A stretch of 24,000 nt of DNA from Arthrobacter phage Atuin: the sequence record OK040794.2; one strand, written 5' to 3'. The translations under genes and the position numbers were made by a program. Within the stretch, counting starts at the first letter, position 1. The number at the start of each line of letters is the position of its first letter. A model generated the notes under the pieces. It worked only from the letters and a program-made list of their open reading frames with translations. It searched no databases and was not told where the DNA came from. Of this stretch, positions 1-7,760 are shown one piece after another.

Positions 1-35
1 GTATAATAGTTAGTACCAACTAACTAGGATACCGC

Positions 36-314
36 ATGAAGAAATACTTTAGCCAACTCCGAAACCTCCTCGAAGATCCCAAGTTCACCACCGAGTTCCA
101 CAAGTGGGCAACGATAGTCTGGATCGGCCTCCTCATCCCCTCCATCCTCTTCTGGAGCGAACTACTCCTCTGGGTAGTACTGATGTCAGTATGGGCAAAT
201 ATCGCCGGACACTGGTCAGCATATCAAGCCTCTCGCGCCGAACTCAAACAGGATCAGGAAGCATACCACTCATGTTGCAAGCATGGTGACGGCTGTGGTA
301 AAATAGAATCCTAA
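36..314 (+). CDS. Small hypothetical membrane protein
   Basis: 92-codon ORF; hydrophobic stretch WATIVWIGLLIPSILFWSELLLWVVLMSVWA. Confidence 0.65.
   Translation: MKKYFSQLRNLLEDPKFTTEFHKWATIVWIGLLIPSILFWSELLLWVVLMSVWANIAGHWSAYQASRAELKQDQEAYHSCCKHGDGCGKIES
275..304 (+). promoter_or_regulatory. Sigma70-like extended -10 promoter
   Basis: TTGCAA (275-280), 18 nt spacer ending TGG, TAAAAT (299-304). Confidence 0.55.
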
Positions 315-315
315 C

Positions 316-354
316 GTACCGGTGCCGCCTGCTATACATAGGCCGTACCGGTAC
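316..354. repeat. Inverted repeat in 5' leader of the 380 gene
   Basis: gtaccggt (316-323) pairs with accggtac (347-354). Confidence 0.5.
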
Positions 355-379
355 AGTCAATTTAGGGGAAGGAACCACC

Positions 380-559
380 ATGGCACTATCACGAGAAGAC
401 AAGATCCGACTAGCCTACAAAGCAAACAGGAACGCTCTCGTCAAGCAAGGTGTTCCTGACAGGCTCCATGAGCGTACTCTACTGTATGTCTCGGAACTCT
501 TCAACGTCTCCCCTCTGAGAGTACAAAAGATTGTTGCAGAAAGCAACACCAAGAACTAG
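380..559 (+). CDS. Small hypothetical protein (59 aa)
   Basis: Manual read: MALSREDKIRLAYKANRNALVKQGVPDRLHERTLLYVSELFNVSPLRVQKIVAESNTKN; strong RBS-like ggggaagga just upstream; missing from the supplied ORF track, probably because of size. Confidence 0.65.
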   Translation: MALSREDKIRLAYKANRNALVKQGVPDRLHERTLLYVSELFNVSPLRVQKIVAESNTKN

Positions 560-698
560 CAAGCACACGGACAAGGCTATGGCACGTGACTGGCGAAACG
601 GTAGCAGGAGACTTCGGTCGTTTTGACTACGCCGCAAGCTGGAACAAAGTGGTGGGATGCGCGTGGTGATGCTTGCTCCAGCATTGAACTGAGCTATA

Positions 699-1112
699 AT
701 GATTTATCTGCCCATTGATATAGACTACATCAAGACGAATCCGGGTTACGAGTACACGTCGAGGGTTCACAGGTGGGTAGACGGGGACACTACCGAGCTT
801 GACATCATTATCCCTTTGGATCTGGGATTCTCGTTCTACGAGATCAAGATTCTGAAGATGGAGTTCCGATTGATTGGAATCGACACTCCTGAGAGAGGCA
901 AACCTAACTACAACGAAGCTAGAGAGTTTGCCGAATCATACGGCGCTCCCGGAACCATCCTAAGGGCCAAGACCTACAAGGTTGAGGACTACGGGATCGC
1001 TGAGAAGTACGGACGTTATCTGGTGGAGCTTTTCGCCGGAGACACCAGCATCAATCAAGCTCTCGTAGCGACTGGCTTTGCCAAGATCTACGACGGCGGC
1101 AAGAAGAGTTGA
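699..1112 (+). CDS. Staphylococcal-nuclease-like (SNase/thermonuclease) protein
   Basis: VHRWVDGDTTELDI...MEFRLIGIDTPERGKPNYNEAREFAE...YGRYLVELFAGDTSINQALVATGFAKIYDG matches the SNase motif order (DGDT, R-L-GIDTPE, GR, N..L...G.A). Confidence 0.8.
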   Translation: MIYLPIDIDYIKTNPGYEYTSRVHRWVDGDTTELDIIIPLDLGFSFYEIKILKMEFRLIGIDTPERGKPNYNEAREFAESYGAPGTILRAKTYKVEDYGIAEKYGRYLVELFAGDTSINQALVATGFAKIYDGGKKS

Positions 1113-1153
1113 CAAACTGAACAAGCAGTGGTAGCCGTTTCCGATGGTAAAAT
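1109..1153 (+). promoter_or_regulatory. Promoter region for the endolysin gene, possibly two overlapping -10 elements
   Basis: TTGACA (1109-1114) + 17 nt ending TGG + TAGCCG; second TGG-TAAAAT at 1145-1153. Confidence 0.45.
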
Positions 1154-1170
1154 AGAAGTACCAACTTCTA
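1153..1170. repeat. Inverted repeat directly at the -10/start site
   Basis: tagaagt (1153-1159) acca acttcta (1164-1170). Confidence 0.5.
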
Positions 1171-1191
1171 GTCTATCATCGGAGACGGCTA

Positions 1192-3093
1192 ATGCAATTG
1201 ACATGGCCCGTAATCGCTACGATCACTCAACAGTTCGCAACAAACCCCAATAACATCCAACCAAACGGTCACACCGGCATGGACTTTGCCGTAGCTGTAG
1301 GAACCTCTGTAAAGGCCTCTGGTCCCGGAACCGTCGTCTGGGCTGACTGGGCTACCAAGCTCTCAGCATCCAACCCTTGGTGGATCGCTCCTGCCTATGC
1401 AGGTATCGTCGTCGTCATCGACCACGGCAACGGAATGCTTACACTCTACGCGCACCTGAACAGCACACATCTGAATATCGGAAACAAGGTAACACAAGGT
1501 CAGGAAATCGGCAAGTCCGGAAACACGGGACTCTCCAGCGGTCCTCACCTCCATTTCGAGGTCATCGGATGGCCTCTACAGCCGTACAACAACTTCTACG
1601 GGCGTCTGAACCCGAACCTGTACGTCAAGTCCGCTACACCCGCCACAGTCGCTCTCAAGGCCAACCAGCGCCGCGTAGGAACCTCCAACGTGAACCTCCG
1701 TGCCGGAGCCAGCACGACATCAAAGATCCTCCGAATCATTCCGGCCAACTCCATTGAGACCTTCACCGGATACTACAACGGAGAGCGTGTCAACGGAAAC
1801 AACCTCTGGTACCGTGACGCACAGGGATTCGCCCACAGCGCCGGATTCACAACGGTATCTGCAACCGGTCTTCCAAACACGACACCGGCTCCGGCCCCTG
1901 TCTTGAAGGCCAATCAGCGCCTCGTCGGTGCCGACAATACAAACCTTCGTTCGGCGGCGTCCACTACAGGTAAGGTCATCAAGGTTCTTCCAGCCAAGAG
2001 CACCATGACAGCAACCGGATACGTCATCGGTGAGACCGTCAAGGGCATCAACGTCTGGTACAAGAACGATGTAGGATATGCGTGGGCTGGAGGATTCACC
2101 TCACAGGCCACTACAGGATTGACAAACGTCACGCCTAAGCCTACACCGGCTCCTGCTCCTAAGCCTATACCAGCGCCAACCCCTGCTCCGGCACCTACGC
2201 CAGCACCAGTGGCCCCAAAGACTACTGGAGATTCCAAGGCAAACTTCCGCAGCGCCCCATCCACAACGGGATCGATCACGAAGACACTGGAAGCCAAGAC
2301 GGCCTACCCAGAGTTCACGGTCTACACCAAGGGTGAAGCTGTAGAGAACAACGATATTTGGTTCACTGACGCAAAGCAGTCCGGATACGCGTGGAGCGGT
2401 GCCTTTACAGATCCTAAGCCTTCCGCTAATATGGTTCTTGTAGCTGCTCCGGCCAAGCCGGAGGGCTACTCGTTCGACAAGGACTTTGACTTTGTTGAGT
2501 ACAAGCCAGCACACATCACCAACGTCATGCGTGCTGTGGACAATCCGGATGAGGTGGTCTTCCCACCATATCCTGAGAAGTCCGTCATCCACCAGTTTGA
2601 CGCCAAAGCCAAGAACCCCTCTCTTGACGGAGTGATCAACCACTTCCAGACAGAGCGTCCCGGAAACGAGACGAGCGCTCACTTCGGTATCTCCGGAGAT
2701 CGAATCGTTCAGTTCGTGTCTCTAAAGGATCGAGCCTACCATGCTGGTAAGGTCGGAAACGACTACATTGGTATCGAGACTGATCCTCAACAGGATGCTG
2801 CTACCATTGAGTCAACGAAGAAGCTTCTTCGAGCGCTCAAGGCGAAGTATGGCTATGAGCTTATCACCGTTCTCCACAAGGATGTTCCCGGAAACACTAC
2901 AAACTGTGGTGTTGAGATCAACCTTGAGAACTACGAACTGAACTCAGTTTCACCGACTCCTGTTCCACCTATCATCGTGGTTCCGGAGCCGACACCAGCC
3001 CCGACACCGGCCCCAACTCCGGCTGTCGATGAGGAAGCCGTAATTGACGCTTTCCTCGCCCACCTCAAAGAAGAGTTCTTCAAAACGAGGTAA
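1192..3093 (+). CDS. Modular endolysin: M23 endopeptidase + three SH3-like repeats + Amidase_2/PGRP domain
   Basis: N-terminus HTGMDF...GNGMLTLYAHL...GNTGLSSGPHLHFEV (M23/LytM); repeats NVNLRAGASTTSKIL, NTNLRSAASTTGKVI, KANFRSAPSTTGSIT; C-terminus HFGISGDRIVQFVSLKDRAYHAG...IGIETDPQQ...HKDVPGNTTNC (amidase_2). Confidence 0.9.
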   Translation: MQLTWPVIATITQQFATNPNNIQPNGHTGMDFAVAVGTSVKASGPGTVVWADWATKLSASNPWWIAPAYAGIVVVIDHGNGMLTLYAHLNSTHLNIGNKVTQGQEIGKSGNTGLSSGPHLHFEVIGWPLQPYNNFYGRLNPNLYVKSATPATVALKANQRRVGTSNVNLRAGASTTSKILRIIPANSIETFTGYYNGERVNGNNLWYRDAQGFAHSAGFTTVSATGLPNTTPAPAPVLKANQRLVGADNTNLRSAASTTGKVIKVLPAKSTMTATGYVIGETVKGINVWYKNDVGYAWAGGFTSQATTGLTNVTPKPTPAPAPKPIPAPTPAPAPTPAPVAPKTTGDSKANFRSAPSTTGSITKTLEAKTAYPEFTVYTKGEAVENNDIWFTDAKQSGYAWSGAFTDPKPSANMVLVAAPAKPEGYSFDKDFDFVEYKPAHITNVMRAVDNPDEVVFPPYPEKSVIHQFDAKAKNPSLDGVINHFQTERPGNETSAHFGISGDRIVQFVSLKDRAYHAGKVGNDYIGIETDPQQDAATIESTKKLLRALKAKYGYELITVLHKDVPGNTTNCGVEINLENYELNSVSPTPVPPIIVVPEPTPAPTPAPTPAVDEEAVIDAFLAHLKEEFFKTR

Positions 3094-3100
3094 TCTTGCT

Positions 3101-3141
3101 AACAACTGAACGGGAGGATTTGCATCCTCCCGTTTGTTGTT
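3101..3141 (+). terminator. Terminator-like hairpin after the endolysin gene
   Basis: aacgggaggat ttgc atcctcccgtt (3109-3134), flanked by acaac/gttgt that can extend the stem. Confidence 0.75.
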
Positions 3142-3220
3142 ATAAGATAGTTATCTGTCCGTGCCACCCCCTACCAGAAAGAAAATGGCCGCCTAGCAAC
3201 TAACAACCCCAATTGGACTT

Positions 3221-3958
3221 ATGAATAATCACACAAAACTCACTGCAATTGTAACTTCTACCCTGCTGCTGGGTGCCGGAATGGCCCCTTCTTCTGCCGC
3301 AGAGCCGACTGACAAAAACCCAACAACTGTCTCGATCCCCGAGGTAGCCCCTGTCACGGCTAAAAAAGACGTAAGACTAGACTTTGAGAAGACAGCCGTA
3401 GCTACTACTCCTGCTGCCGTTGCCACTCCTGCTCCTGTTGCTGAACCGCTTCCCGTGGTTGAGGCTCCTGTTGCTGAGGCTCCGGAAACTGCTTTTGTAG
3501 AGCCTGCTGTCGTAGCTGCTCCAGCCCCCAAGGTTGCAACTCCTGCACCAACTCCTGCACAGACTTCTGCTCCCGTCGTAGCTGCACCGGCCCCTAAGCC
3601 AGCGCCTGCTCCGGTTGCTCCGTCTGCTTCAGGAAAGGGAGCCGCAATCGCCTCCGCTGCTCTATCACAGCTTGGGGTCGCACAGGACTGTACAGCACTC
3701 GCAACAAACTCCCTCGCTGCTGTTGGAATTCACTTCCACGACTGGCCTGCCGGATACCTGTCCCTTGGGCACACCGTCAGCGCTGCTGAAGCACAGCGTG
3801 GAGACCTGATTTACTATGCAAACGGCGGAATGGGACTAGCCCACATTGCTGTCTACATCGGAAACGGTCAGGCAGTACACGGCGGATGGAATGGCGGGAC
3901 CACTGCTATCTTCTCCGCAAACGTCGGCTCTGGACCGATTTTCATCCGCGTCCACTAG
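3221..3958 (+). CDS. Secreted NlpC/P60-like (C40) cell-wall hydrolase with Pro/Ala-rich linker
   Basis: Signal-peptide-like N-terminus MNNHTKLTAIVTSTLLLGAGMAPSSAA; long AP-rich linker; C-terminal AQDCTALATNSL...AQRGDLIYYANGGMGLAHIAVYIGNGQAVHGG gives Cys-His-His order. Confidence 0.75.
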   Translation: MNNHTKLTAIVTSTLLLGAGMAPSSAAEPTDKNPTTVSIPEVAPVTAKKDVRLDFEKTAVATTPAAVATPAPVAEPLPVVEAPVAEAPETAFVEPAVVAAPAPKVATPAPTPAQTSAPVVAAPAPKPAPAPVAPSASGKGAAIASAALSQLGVAQDCTALATNSLAAVGIHFHDWPAGYLSLGHTVSAAEAQRGDLIYYANGGMGLAHIAVYIGNGQAVHGGWNGGTTAIFSANVGSGPIFIRVH

Positions 3959-3960
3959 AG

Positions 3961-3989
3961 TTGCAAAGCTTCTACACTTAGTGTAGAAT
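3961..3989 (+). promoter_or_regulatory. Sigma70-like promoter with overlapping inverted repeat
   Basis: TTGCAA (3961-3966), 17 nt, TAGAAT (3984-3989); tctacac tta gtgtaga (3971-3987) overlaps the -10. Confidence 0.6.
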
Positions 3990-3996
3990 GGTAATT

Positions 3997-4065
3997 GCCG
4001 ATGCAGCATGGCGCTGGCCTGCCTCTCATAAGGGCGGTGAACGGGTTCGATTCCCGTCTTCGGTA
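3997..4065 (+). tRNA. tRNA-Met(CAT)-like, with an atypical short D-arm
   Basis: Anticodon arm tgcct-ctcataa-gggcg; T-arm acggg-ttcgatt-cccgt; acceptor gccgatg/cttcggt with one mismatch; D-arm pairs poorly. Confidence 0.6.
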
Positions 4066-4066
4066 C

Positions 4067-4528
4067 GTGGAAACGATAAATGAATTCAAGGGCAATACGT
4101 TCTTCCTATCAAACTTCTATGTCGGGAAGCCGATCCATTACGGTGTCTTCGACTACGCCTCAGGTGAACACCTCTTCAACGCTCTAAAGACTGTCAATCT
4201 GAAAGAACAAGAGTGGGTCCGCTCCGCGCCGACTCCCGGAGAGGCCAAGAAACGCGGCAGGCAAGTCAACCTTCGTCCTAACTGGGACAACGACATCCGA
4301 TACAAGGCAATGCGTGCTGTCGTGGGCCGTAAATTCATGCAAGACTGGAGTCTTGCCGTCAACCTTTATATAACTTTCGATGCTGAACTCATCGAGGGCA
4401 ACACATGGCATGACAACGTCTGGGGGAACTGTACCTGTGGACGTGCTGCCTGTGAGGTAGAAGGACAGAACCATCTCGGAAAGCTCCTCATGGAGTATCG
4501 AGACAATGTAATCGGAAAATGGATGTAA
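4067..4528 (+). CDS. NADAR-family (YbiA-like) protein
   Basis: From GTG at 4067: VETINEFKGNTFFLSNFYVGKPIHYGVFDYASGEHLFNALK...PTPGEAKKRGRQVNLRPNWDNDIRYKAMRAVVGRKF...LGKLLMEYRD; matches F-LSNFY, EH.F.A.K, G..AK..GR...LR..W...R..AM. Confidence 0.85.
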   Translation: METINEFKGNTFFLSNFYVGKPIHYGVFDYASGEHLFNALKTVNLKEQEWVRSAPTPGEAKKRGRQVNLRPNWDNDIRYKAMRAVVGRKFMQDWSLAVNLYITFDAELIEGNTWHDNVWGNCTCGRAACEVEGQNHLGKLLMEYRDNVIGKWM

Positions 4529-5242
4529 ATGACAGTACCCTACTATGAGCAACCTCTCCTGAGTCTCGACACCGAGACTACCGGAGTTGACGTGTTCGAA
4601 TCCCGCATGGTAACGTGCAACATGACGTACGACTACGCAAACGGTGTGACTCCACACTACGTAGCCGACTGGCTTGTGAATCCCGGAGTCGAGATCCCTA
4701 CTGGGGCATCGGACGTTCACGGGATCACCACAGAAATCGCACAGCGTGACGGTGGAGATCCGCGTGAAGCCCTACTCAACATTGCAATGCATCTGAAGAA
4801 CTGGGACGACCTTGGCTTTCCTGTGGTTATCTATAACGCTTCATTCGATACTACTCTACTCAATTCTGAGTTTGACCGTTATGGCATCCCTCGCCCTACT
4901 CAGTGGACTCGGGTTATTGATCCATTGGTTCTGGACAAGGGTGTAGAGCCGTACCGTCGAGGAAGCCGAAAGCTAATTGACACGGCACGCCACTATGGTA
5001 TAGAGTTGTCAGAAGAAAACGCCCACAGCGCAGACTTCGACGCTTTGGCCTCACTGGGAATCGCACGTGCTATCGGAAAGAAGTACGAGATCGACAGCCC
5101 CATCGAGGAAGTTCACGCCCAGCAAATCATCTGGAAGAGGATGCAAGCAGAATCTTTCCAGAAGTACCTTCGCGAGAAGAAGGGCGAGATCGACGCAGTA
5201 ATCAACACAGAATGGCCCTACCAAACGAAAGTAGCCGCATGA
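4529..5242 (+). CDS. DnaQ-like 3'-5' exonuclease (DEDD family)
   Basis: LLSLDTETTGVDVF (Exo I), IYNASFDTTLL (Exo II), HSADFDALAS (Exo III); start abuts the NADAR stop codon. Confidence 0.85.
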   Translation: MTVPYYEQPLLSLDTETTGVDVFESRMVTCNMTYDYANGVTPHYVADWLVNPGVEIPTGASDVHGITTEIAQRDGGDPREALLNIAMHLKNWDDLGFPVVIYNASFDTTLLNSEFDRYGIPRPTQWTRVIDPLVLDKGVEPYRRGSRKLIDTARHYGIELSEENAHSADFDALASLGIARAIGKKYEIDSPIEEVHAQQIIWKRMQAESFQKYLREKKGEIDAVINTEWPYQTKVAA

Positions 5243-5577
5243 CGCAATCCAACCCTCTCAACTCTCTTTTCGACTACCTTGACACTGCCGTAGACGCTCT
5301 GGAGAAGCATCTGAACACTGATATCCGTCCCACCGAAAAGAAGGAGCCTGAGAACTCCACCGGAGGTTCGATTCCGGAGAAGGAAGCTTCCAACCAGACC
5401 GGAGGGACGTGGGGAGAGGCCATCGACAACCCCTACTCCGAAGCACAGCGTGTCCTCGGAGAGGTCGAAGCCATCGTCGAGGACTCAGATGTCGAAACAC
5501 GGGCAGCGGTCCTCCTCGAAGTCGCAAAGGTCCACACTCAGATCGGAGCACAGCTTCTTTCTGATTTCGACTTCTAG
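5239..5577 (+). CDS. Hypothetical protein, acidic
   Basis: ATG at 5239 overlaps the previous stop (ATGA); MTQSNPLNSLFDYLDTAVDALEKHL... Confidence 0.65.
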   Translation: MTQSNPLNSLFDYLDTAVDALEKHLNTDIRPTEKKEPENSTGGSIPEKEASNQTGGTWGEAIDNPYSEAQRVLGEVEAIVEDSDVETRAAVLLEVAKVHTQIGAQLLSDFDF

Positions 5578-5607
5578 TTGACATAGGGCGCGAAAGCGTG
5601 GTATAAT
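5578..5607 (+). promoter_or_regulatory. Consensus promoter for the tRNA cluster
   Basis: TTGACA (5578-5583), 18 nt ending TGG, TATAAT (5602-5607); ggtata...tatacc inverted repeat 5600-5618. Confidence 0.8.
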
Positions 5608-5620
5608 TATTCTATACCTT

Positions 5621-5695
5621 GCGGGGTAGGGGAGTTCGGTTGTCCCCGCTGGCCTCATAAGCCAGAGATCGTGAGTTCAAATCTCACCCGCCGCA
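5621..5695 (+). tRNA. tRNA-Met(CAT)
   Basis: Anticodon arm ctggc-ctcataa-gccag; T-arm gtgag-ttcaaat-ctcac; D-arm gggg...cccc; acceptor gcgg/ccgc with an irregular base. Confidence 0.85.
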
Positions 5696-5760
5696 ACTAA
5701 GGTCCGTCTGACTGATTACCTCCCTCTTACTGGGTGACGGATTTGAAAAATCAGTCTTAT

Positions 5761-5834
5761 TCCTCGATAGCTCAGTCTGGCAGAGCAGGGTGCTGTTAAC
5801 ACCAAGGTCACAGGTTCAAATCCTGTTTGGGGAG
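5761..5834 (+). tRNA. tRNA-Asn(GTT)
   Basis: Acceptor tcctcga/ttgggga; anticodon loop ctgttaa; T-arm acagg-ttcaaat-cctgt. Confidence 0.92.
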
Positions 5835-5914
5835 CGCAATTTAATGCCGCGAGGCCGTTAAACATCCTAACAGTGTAGTGAACCAGCCACTCGTCGGCAG
5901 ACGTAAAATGCTCT

Positions 5915-5986
5915 GGGGACTTAGCTCAGTTGGTAGAGCACTTGCTTTGCAAGCAAGATGTCAGGGGTTCGACCCCCCTAGTCTCC
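5915..5986 (+). tRNA. tRNA-Ala(TGC)
   Basis: Acceptor ggggact/agtctcc; anticodon arm cttgc-tttgcaa-gcaag; T-arm ggggttcgacccc. Confidence 0.93.
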
Positions 5987-6022
5987 ACGCATGACCCCTA
6001 CAAGTATACGACGGAGTATCCC

Positions 6023-6139
6023 ATGGAATGGACATCTGAGGAGATCGTTCAAAGAGCACTTTATCAGCTAGAGCAGATGAAGGGTTCAGGTTGCTATGAC
6101 ATCGGGAAGCTTGAGAGCATTCTAAAGGGGAAAGCTTAG
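6023..6139 (+). CDS. Small hypothetical protein (38 aa)
   Basis: MEWTSEEIVQRALYQLEQMKGSGCYDIGKLESILKGKA; lies between tRNA genes; the upstream ATG of the listed ORF is inside tRNA-Ala, so the start here is inferred. Confidence 0.4.
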   Translation: MEWTSEEIVQRALYQLEQMKGSGCYDIGKLESILKGKA

Positions 6140-6200
6140 GGCGAGAAGACTTAGGTCAATTCGTAACACGTCGCCGGAACGTGGCCCTGAATCCGGTTAT

Positions 6201-6275
6201 GGCCCTGTAGCTCAGTGGGAGAGCGCCGCCCTGTCACGGCGGAGGTCGAGGGATCAAAACCCTTCAGGGTCGCCA
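6201..6275 (+). tRNA. tRNA-Asp(GTC), encodes CCA
   Basis: Acceptor ggccctg/cagggtc; anticodon arm ccgcc-ctgtcac-ggcgg; discriminator g at 6272 followed by CCA. Confidence 0.92.
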
Positions 6276-6319
6276 CTACCAATATAAATCAAAGATAAAG
6301 TCAAATCAAGGAAAGGTTT

Positions 6320-7087
6320 ATGCCTACACTCATCGGTTCTGCCGCGCTCGAAATGCATTTCATGGATACCCGAGAGCCGCGTGACGTTGACTACTTCTCG
6401 GAAACTCCTGTAGAAGGTGCGGAAGTCTTCTGGCATCCAGCCCTCGCTCAGTGGAACTGGGGAGAAGTTGCAACTCCGGACGAACTCTACACCATCAAGA
6501 TCTCCCACTCTTTCTGGGAACTCCATGGAACATGGAACAAACACATGTTCGACTGCATCTTCCTCTCCAAGAGGGGTGCCAAGTTCATCCCGGAACTCTA
6601 CTCCATCCTCTACCCGATCTGGGAAGAGCTTCACGGCAAGAAGAAGGTCAACCTTGAGGCTGACCCTGATGACTTCTTCAATGACCGAATCGTCAAGCGA
6701 ATCTACGACCACGATTCCCTGCACGAGTCCGTAGCCTACTACGACCGTCCACTCTTCGAGCGCATTCTTCGTGACAACTCCGAAGTCGCCGTAGACAAGT
6801 CCAAGTGGGAAGCCCTCGACTATGAGGATCAGCTAAAGATGGTCCGTGAAGAGGTCTACGCAACCGCTCTGGAGCGAAAGCTGGTCCCGACCAACTACGA
6901 ACATAACGCACGCGCTGCGTACGCTTGGACGCTCCAGAAGACCATCACGTCCCTTACCAAGGGATGGTTCGCCCTCTTCGTAGCACTCAACTTCCAGCAC
7001 CTCACAAGCCCCGACGTGGACTATGTCCAGCGTCACAAAGATAATGCACACATGCTCCGTCCCTACGTGAGCGGATCGAAAGGATAG
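6320..7087 (+). CDS. Nucleotidyltransferase-fold-like protein (tentative)
   Basis: N-terminal LIGSAALEMHFMDTREPRDVDYF resembles the GSxAL...R.p.DiD pattern of MNT-fold/AbiEii-like proteins; the rest is unassigned. Confidence 0.4.
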   Translation: MPTLIGSAALEMHFMDTREPRDVDYFSETPVEGAEVFWHPALAQWNWGEVATPDELYTIKISHSFWELHGTWNKHMFDCIFLSKRGAKFIPELYSILYPIWEELHGKKKVNLEADPDDFFNDRIVKRIYDHDSLHESVAYYDRPLFERILRDNSEVAVDKSKWEALDYEDQLKMVREEVYATALERKLVPTNYEHNARAAYAWTLQKTITSLTKGWFALFVALNFQHLTSPDVDYVQRHKDNAHMLRPYVSGSKG

Positions 7088-7089
7088 TT

Positions 7090-7413
7090 ATGTCGGTAAC
7101 AGTAGAACAGGTCTTCGAGGAAGTCAAGGACTGGTATTCCACCCAAACCCAGCGCTACGGCATGTGGGACGCCCTTGAGGACGCACTGTATGATGAAGTG
7201 CATCTACCCTCAGGAGCACTCAAGAGAGTAGCCCAGCACGGCGGCGAAGGAGAAGGGGACACATACTACTACGTATTCTCCATCGGTGAGCAGCTTTTCC
7301 GCGTAGACGGCTACTACGCCTCATGGGACGGAGTCTCCTATGACGACTCCCTCTACGCAATCCACGAGGTGGAGGCAGTCCCCACAACCGTAATCAAGTA
7401 CAACAGGAAGTAA
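7090..7413 (+). CDS. Tandem paralog 1, unknown function
   Basis: MSVTVEQVFEEVKDWYST...LPSGALKRV...GYYASWDGVSYDD...VEAVPTTVIKY. Confidence 0.75.
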   Translation: MSVTVEQVFEEVKDWYSTQTQRYGMWDALEDALYDEVHLPSGALKRVAQHGGEGEGDTYYYVFSIGEQLFRVDGYYASWDGVSYDDSLYAIHEVEAVPTTVIKYNRK

Positions 7414-7418
7414 GGTAC

Positions 7419-7757
7419 ATGGCAACAGCAGCACAGGTTCAGTCCGAACTTCAAGACTGGAACGACGCAGAGCACGGCTACTCTCAGGTCGGTGACGCGC
7501 TCTATGACGGACTCTACTCTTGGCGGGAAGGCGAAGTTAAGAGCTTCGAGATCGCATCCGGAACAGTCACCCTCGTTAAGAATCATGGCGGTGGTGAAGG
7601 GGACGGCGAAGAGCGCTGGATCGTCATCAAGGTCGGTGACCAGTTATTCGAGTACAGGGGTTACTACTCCTCGTGGGACGGCACCGAATGGGATGATAAA
7701 CTCCGTGAGGTGGAGCCGTACGAAGTCACCGTCATCAAGTATCGAGAGGTCAAGTAA
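7419..7757 (+). CDS. Tandem paralog 2, unknown function
   Basis: MATAAQVQSELQDWNDA...IASGTVTLVKNHGGGEGD...GYYSSWDGTEWDDKLREVEPYEVTVIKY. Confidence 0.8.
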   Translation: MATAAQVQSELQDWNDAEHGYSQVGDALYDGLYSWREGEVKSFEIASGTVTLVKNHGGGEGDGEERWIVIKVGDQLFEYRGYYSSWDGTEWDDKLREVEPYEVTVIKYREVK

Positions 7758-7760
7758 AGC

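Noticed and set aside
2110-2230. Dense short repeats (ccggctcctg...-type) in the endolysin
   Set aside because: Repeats come from Pro-Ala-Pro linker codons. No regular spacer/repeat structure, so not a CRISPR or regulatory array.
1914-2682. Two overlapping minus-strand ORFs, one Gly/Val/Ala-rich
   Set aside because: Their composition is the complement of the endolysin Pro/Ala linkers and SH3 coding region.
3229-3809. Alternative-frame ORFs in the C40 gene (Ala/Thr-rich minus strand, Gln/Arg-rich plus strand)
   Set aside because: They arise from repetitive Ala/Pro codons of the linker. Only the 3221 frame has a signal peptide and a catalytic domain.
5930-6022. N-terminal extension of the 5930..6139 ORF
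   Set aside because: It runs through tRNA-Ala, so only the downstream ATG at 6023 is considered plausible.
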